Shown here: positions 6,832 to 8,212 of the stretch, piece by piece
Layout: each line of letters begins with the position of its first letter
Position numbering within the stretch: the stretch's first letter is position 1
Assembly: GCF_006345805.1 (NCBI RefSeq)
Contig: NW_021828523.1
Coordinates: forward strand, 1 to 8,212
DNA from: Octopus sinensis
Taxonomy: Eukaryota
DNA length: 8,212 nt
Reading direction: 5' to 3'
Made by a program: the position numbers and the translations under genes
Notes under the pieces: model-generated
Told to the model about the DNA's origin: nothing
The model's input: the letters and a program-made list of their open reading frames with translations, nothing else
Database searches by the model: none

Positions 6832-7763
6832 GTAATACGAATATTTCTTTAGAAATATTTGGAAATATACGTTTGGTAATGGTTCAGTGGCTTTTGACGA
6901 TTGTACTGTTTCCGATCCTCTAATGTAAATTCACTTTTGTGGTGCAATTTTAGTTACATGAAAAATGCGTGGTTCCAGCGTTATTTCCGCGTTTCATGTT
7001 TCCTCGTTGTATAAATAATACACTTCAACAGAGAATTCTAGAAGAATGCTCTGTTGAAAATGAGCAGTGAAATAGGAAACAGGAAAATTATAGAAAGACT
7101 CTGATTGTAGTAATTCTTAGCACAGCTTAAAAGTTAATTAGCAGGTTACATTACTCTGTAACTATGCGATTGTTCTGGTAGAACACGCAACCCCTATTAC
7201 AATCATCAACGGAACGACAATACTGGGACATTCTTAAACTAATTCTGTTTACGAATATAACGGTATCAATGAAACTTTATCTGTTTCAGTTGACAACAAT
7301 GTCATGAAGTTCAACTGCAATCCGTATACTACACAATTAGTTAAAGTAATGAATAGGATTCATGTTCAAATATGAATCCTTCTCATTTCTACTTAGAATC
7401 ATTCAATTTAATGCTCTCCCAGCTGAGATGCTATATGTCAAAGACAGTTTCCATGAGGCCTCTTCACTTACTCGAAATAGTAGCCAAATTTCTCTAATTT
7501 CACATGTTACTGTCTTAAAACAGGGAGGCAAGTGTCTTGTTCAAAAATGCAATCGAAGGCATGTTAGAAATTAAACAGAGATGAGATGATTATGTTTTGA
7601 TCGTTTTTGACCGGAATTCTGATTCAACTAGGGCTCACATGACGCTAAATAAACAGAGGAATAACAGCAAGAACAACAGCGATTTGGAAAAAAAAAACCT
7701 TCTGTATTTTATGAAAATATTAAATATGCGTGAGTATATTCAACAGCATGTGACTTCTATAGG

Positions 7764-7900
7764 TGAGGTAGGTAGGTACATACATACATGCTTAGATACA
7801 TACATACATACATGCTTAGATACATACATACATACATACATACATACATACATACATACTACATCATACATACATACATACATACATACAAACATACATA
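7764..7900. repeat. (TAGG)n/(TACA)n tetranucleotide array with a 24-bp internal duplication
   Basis: CATGCTTAGA at 7787 and 7811 (period 24) inside (TACA)n. Confidence 0.93.
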
Positions 7901-8009
7901 TTGAAATTCCAATGAAGAAGCCTTGGATCTAGGTTAGAAACCGGTTCTCTTCCAACTGGCAAGAAATCTTGAAATAAACTGGATAACGACATACGTACAT
8001 ACATCATCC

Positions 8010-8013
8010 ATAC

Positions 8014-8066
<53 letters not shown>
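8010..8066. repeat. Interrupted (TA)n microsatellite
   Basis: Read directly from the sequence. Confidence 0.93.
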
Positions 8067-8212
8067 CGAATTTGTACATATAGTATATAAGATGCATATA
8101 TGTATTATGTATATATAACTATGGTACACGGACGGGATGGGCCGAAGGAAAAAATCCGAACAAGATGCCTAAAAGTCATACGAAATTAAAAATATATATT
8201 ATAATTCTATTC

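Noticed and set aside
7145-7375. Frame reading VTLLCNY...GHS*TNSVYEY...DNNVMKFNC, loosely Ig-domain-like
   Set aside because: It has an in-frame stop at 7235-7237, lacks the conserved Trp, and the resemblance is only impressionistic.
7730-7768. Donor-like GTGAGT (7730) and AG|GTGAGG (7763)
   Set aside because: No convincing paired acceptor giving a frame-compatible exon. The upstream sequence includes an A10 run typical of non-coding DNA.
1-8212. rRNA, true tRNA genes, CRISPR arrays and prokaryotic operons
   Set aside because: None seen. The tRNA-like boxes belong to SINEs, and no repeat has unique spacers of constant length.

Overview
Repeat-dense eukaryotic, mostly non-coding DNA. The very high microsatellite load and the SINE sequences I recognise suggest a coleoid cephalopod (Octopus-like) genome; this is inference from recall, not a database result. 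No intact protein-coding gene is supported, and most ORFs in the track are microsatellite read-throughs. The main element is a 5'-truncated, heavily decayed non-LTR retrotransposon of the restriction-like-endonuclease (RLE) group, most similar to the R4/Dong clade (~3435-5761, +). It retains RT-flanking motifs, a CCHC knuckle and the RLE domain, but has lost the RT catalytic core. It lies between (TAA)n tracts, the known target of Dong-type elements. A ~460 bp non-coding element follows it immediately and is also bounded by (TAA)n, so it is a candidate non-autonomous TAA-targeting partner. Two tRNA-derived SINE copies and one or two SINE-tail fragments are present. The unique DNA carries two phase-compatible candidate micro-exons (19 and 21 nt, +), several strong hairpins and a degenerate hammerhead-like island inside (TACA)n. 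These last calls are tentative.
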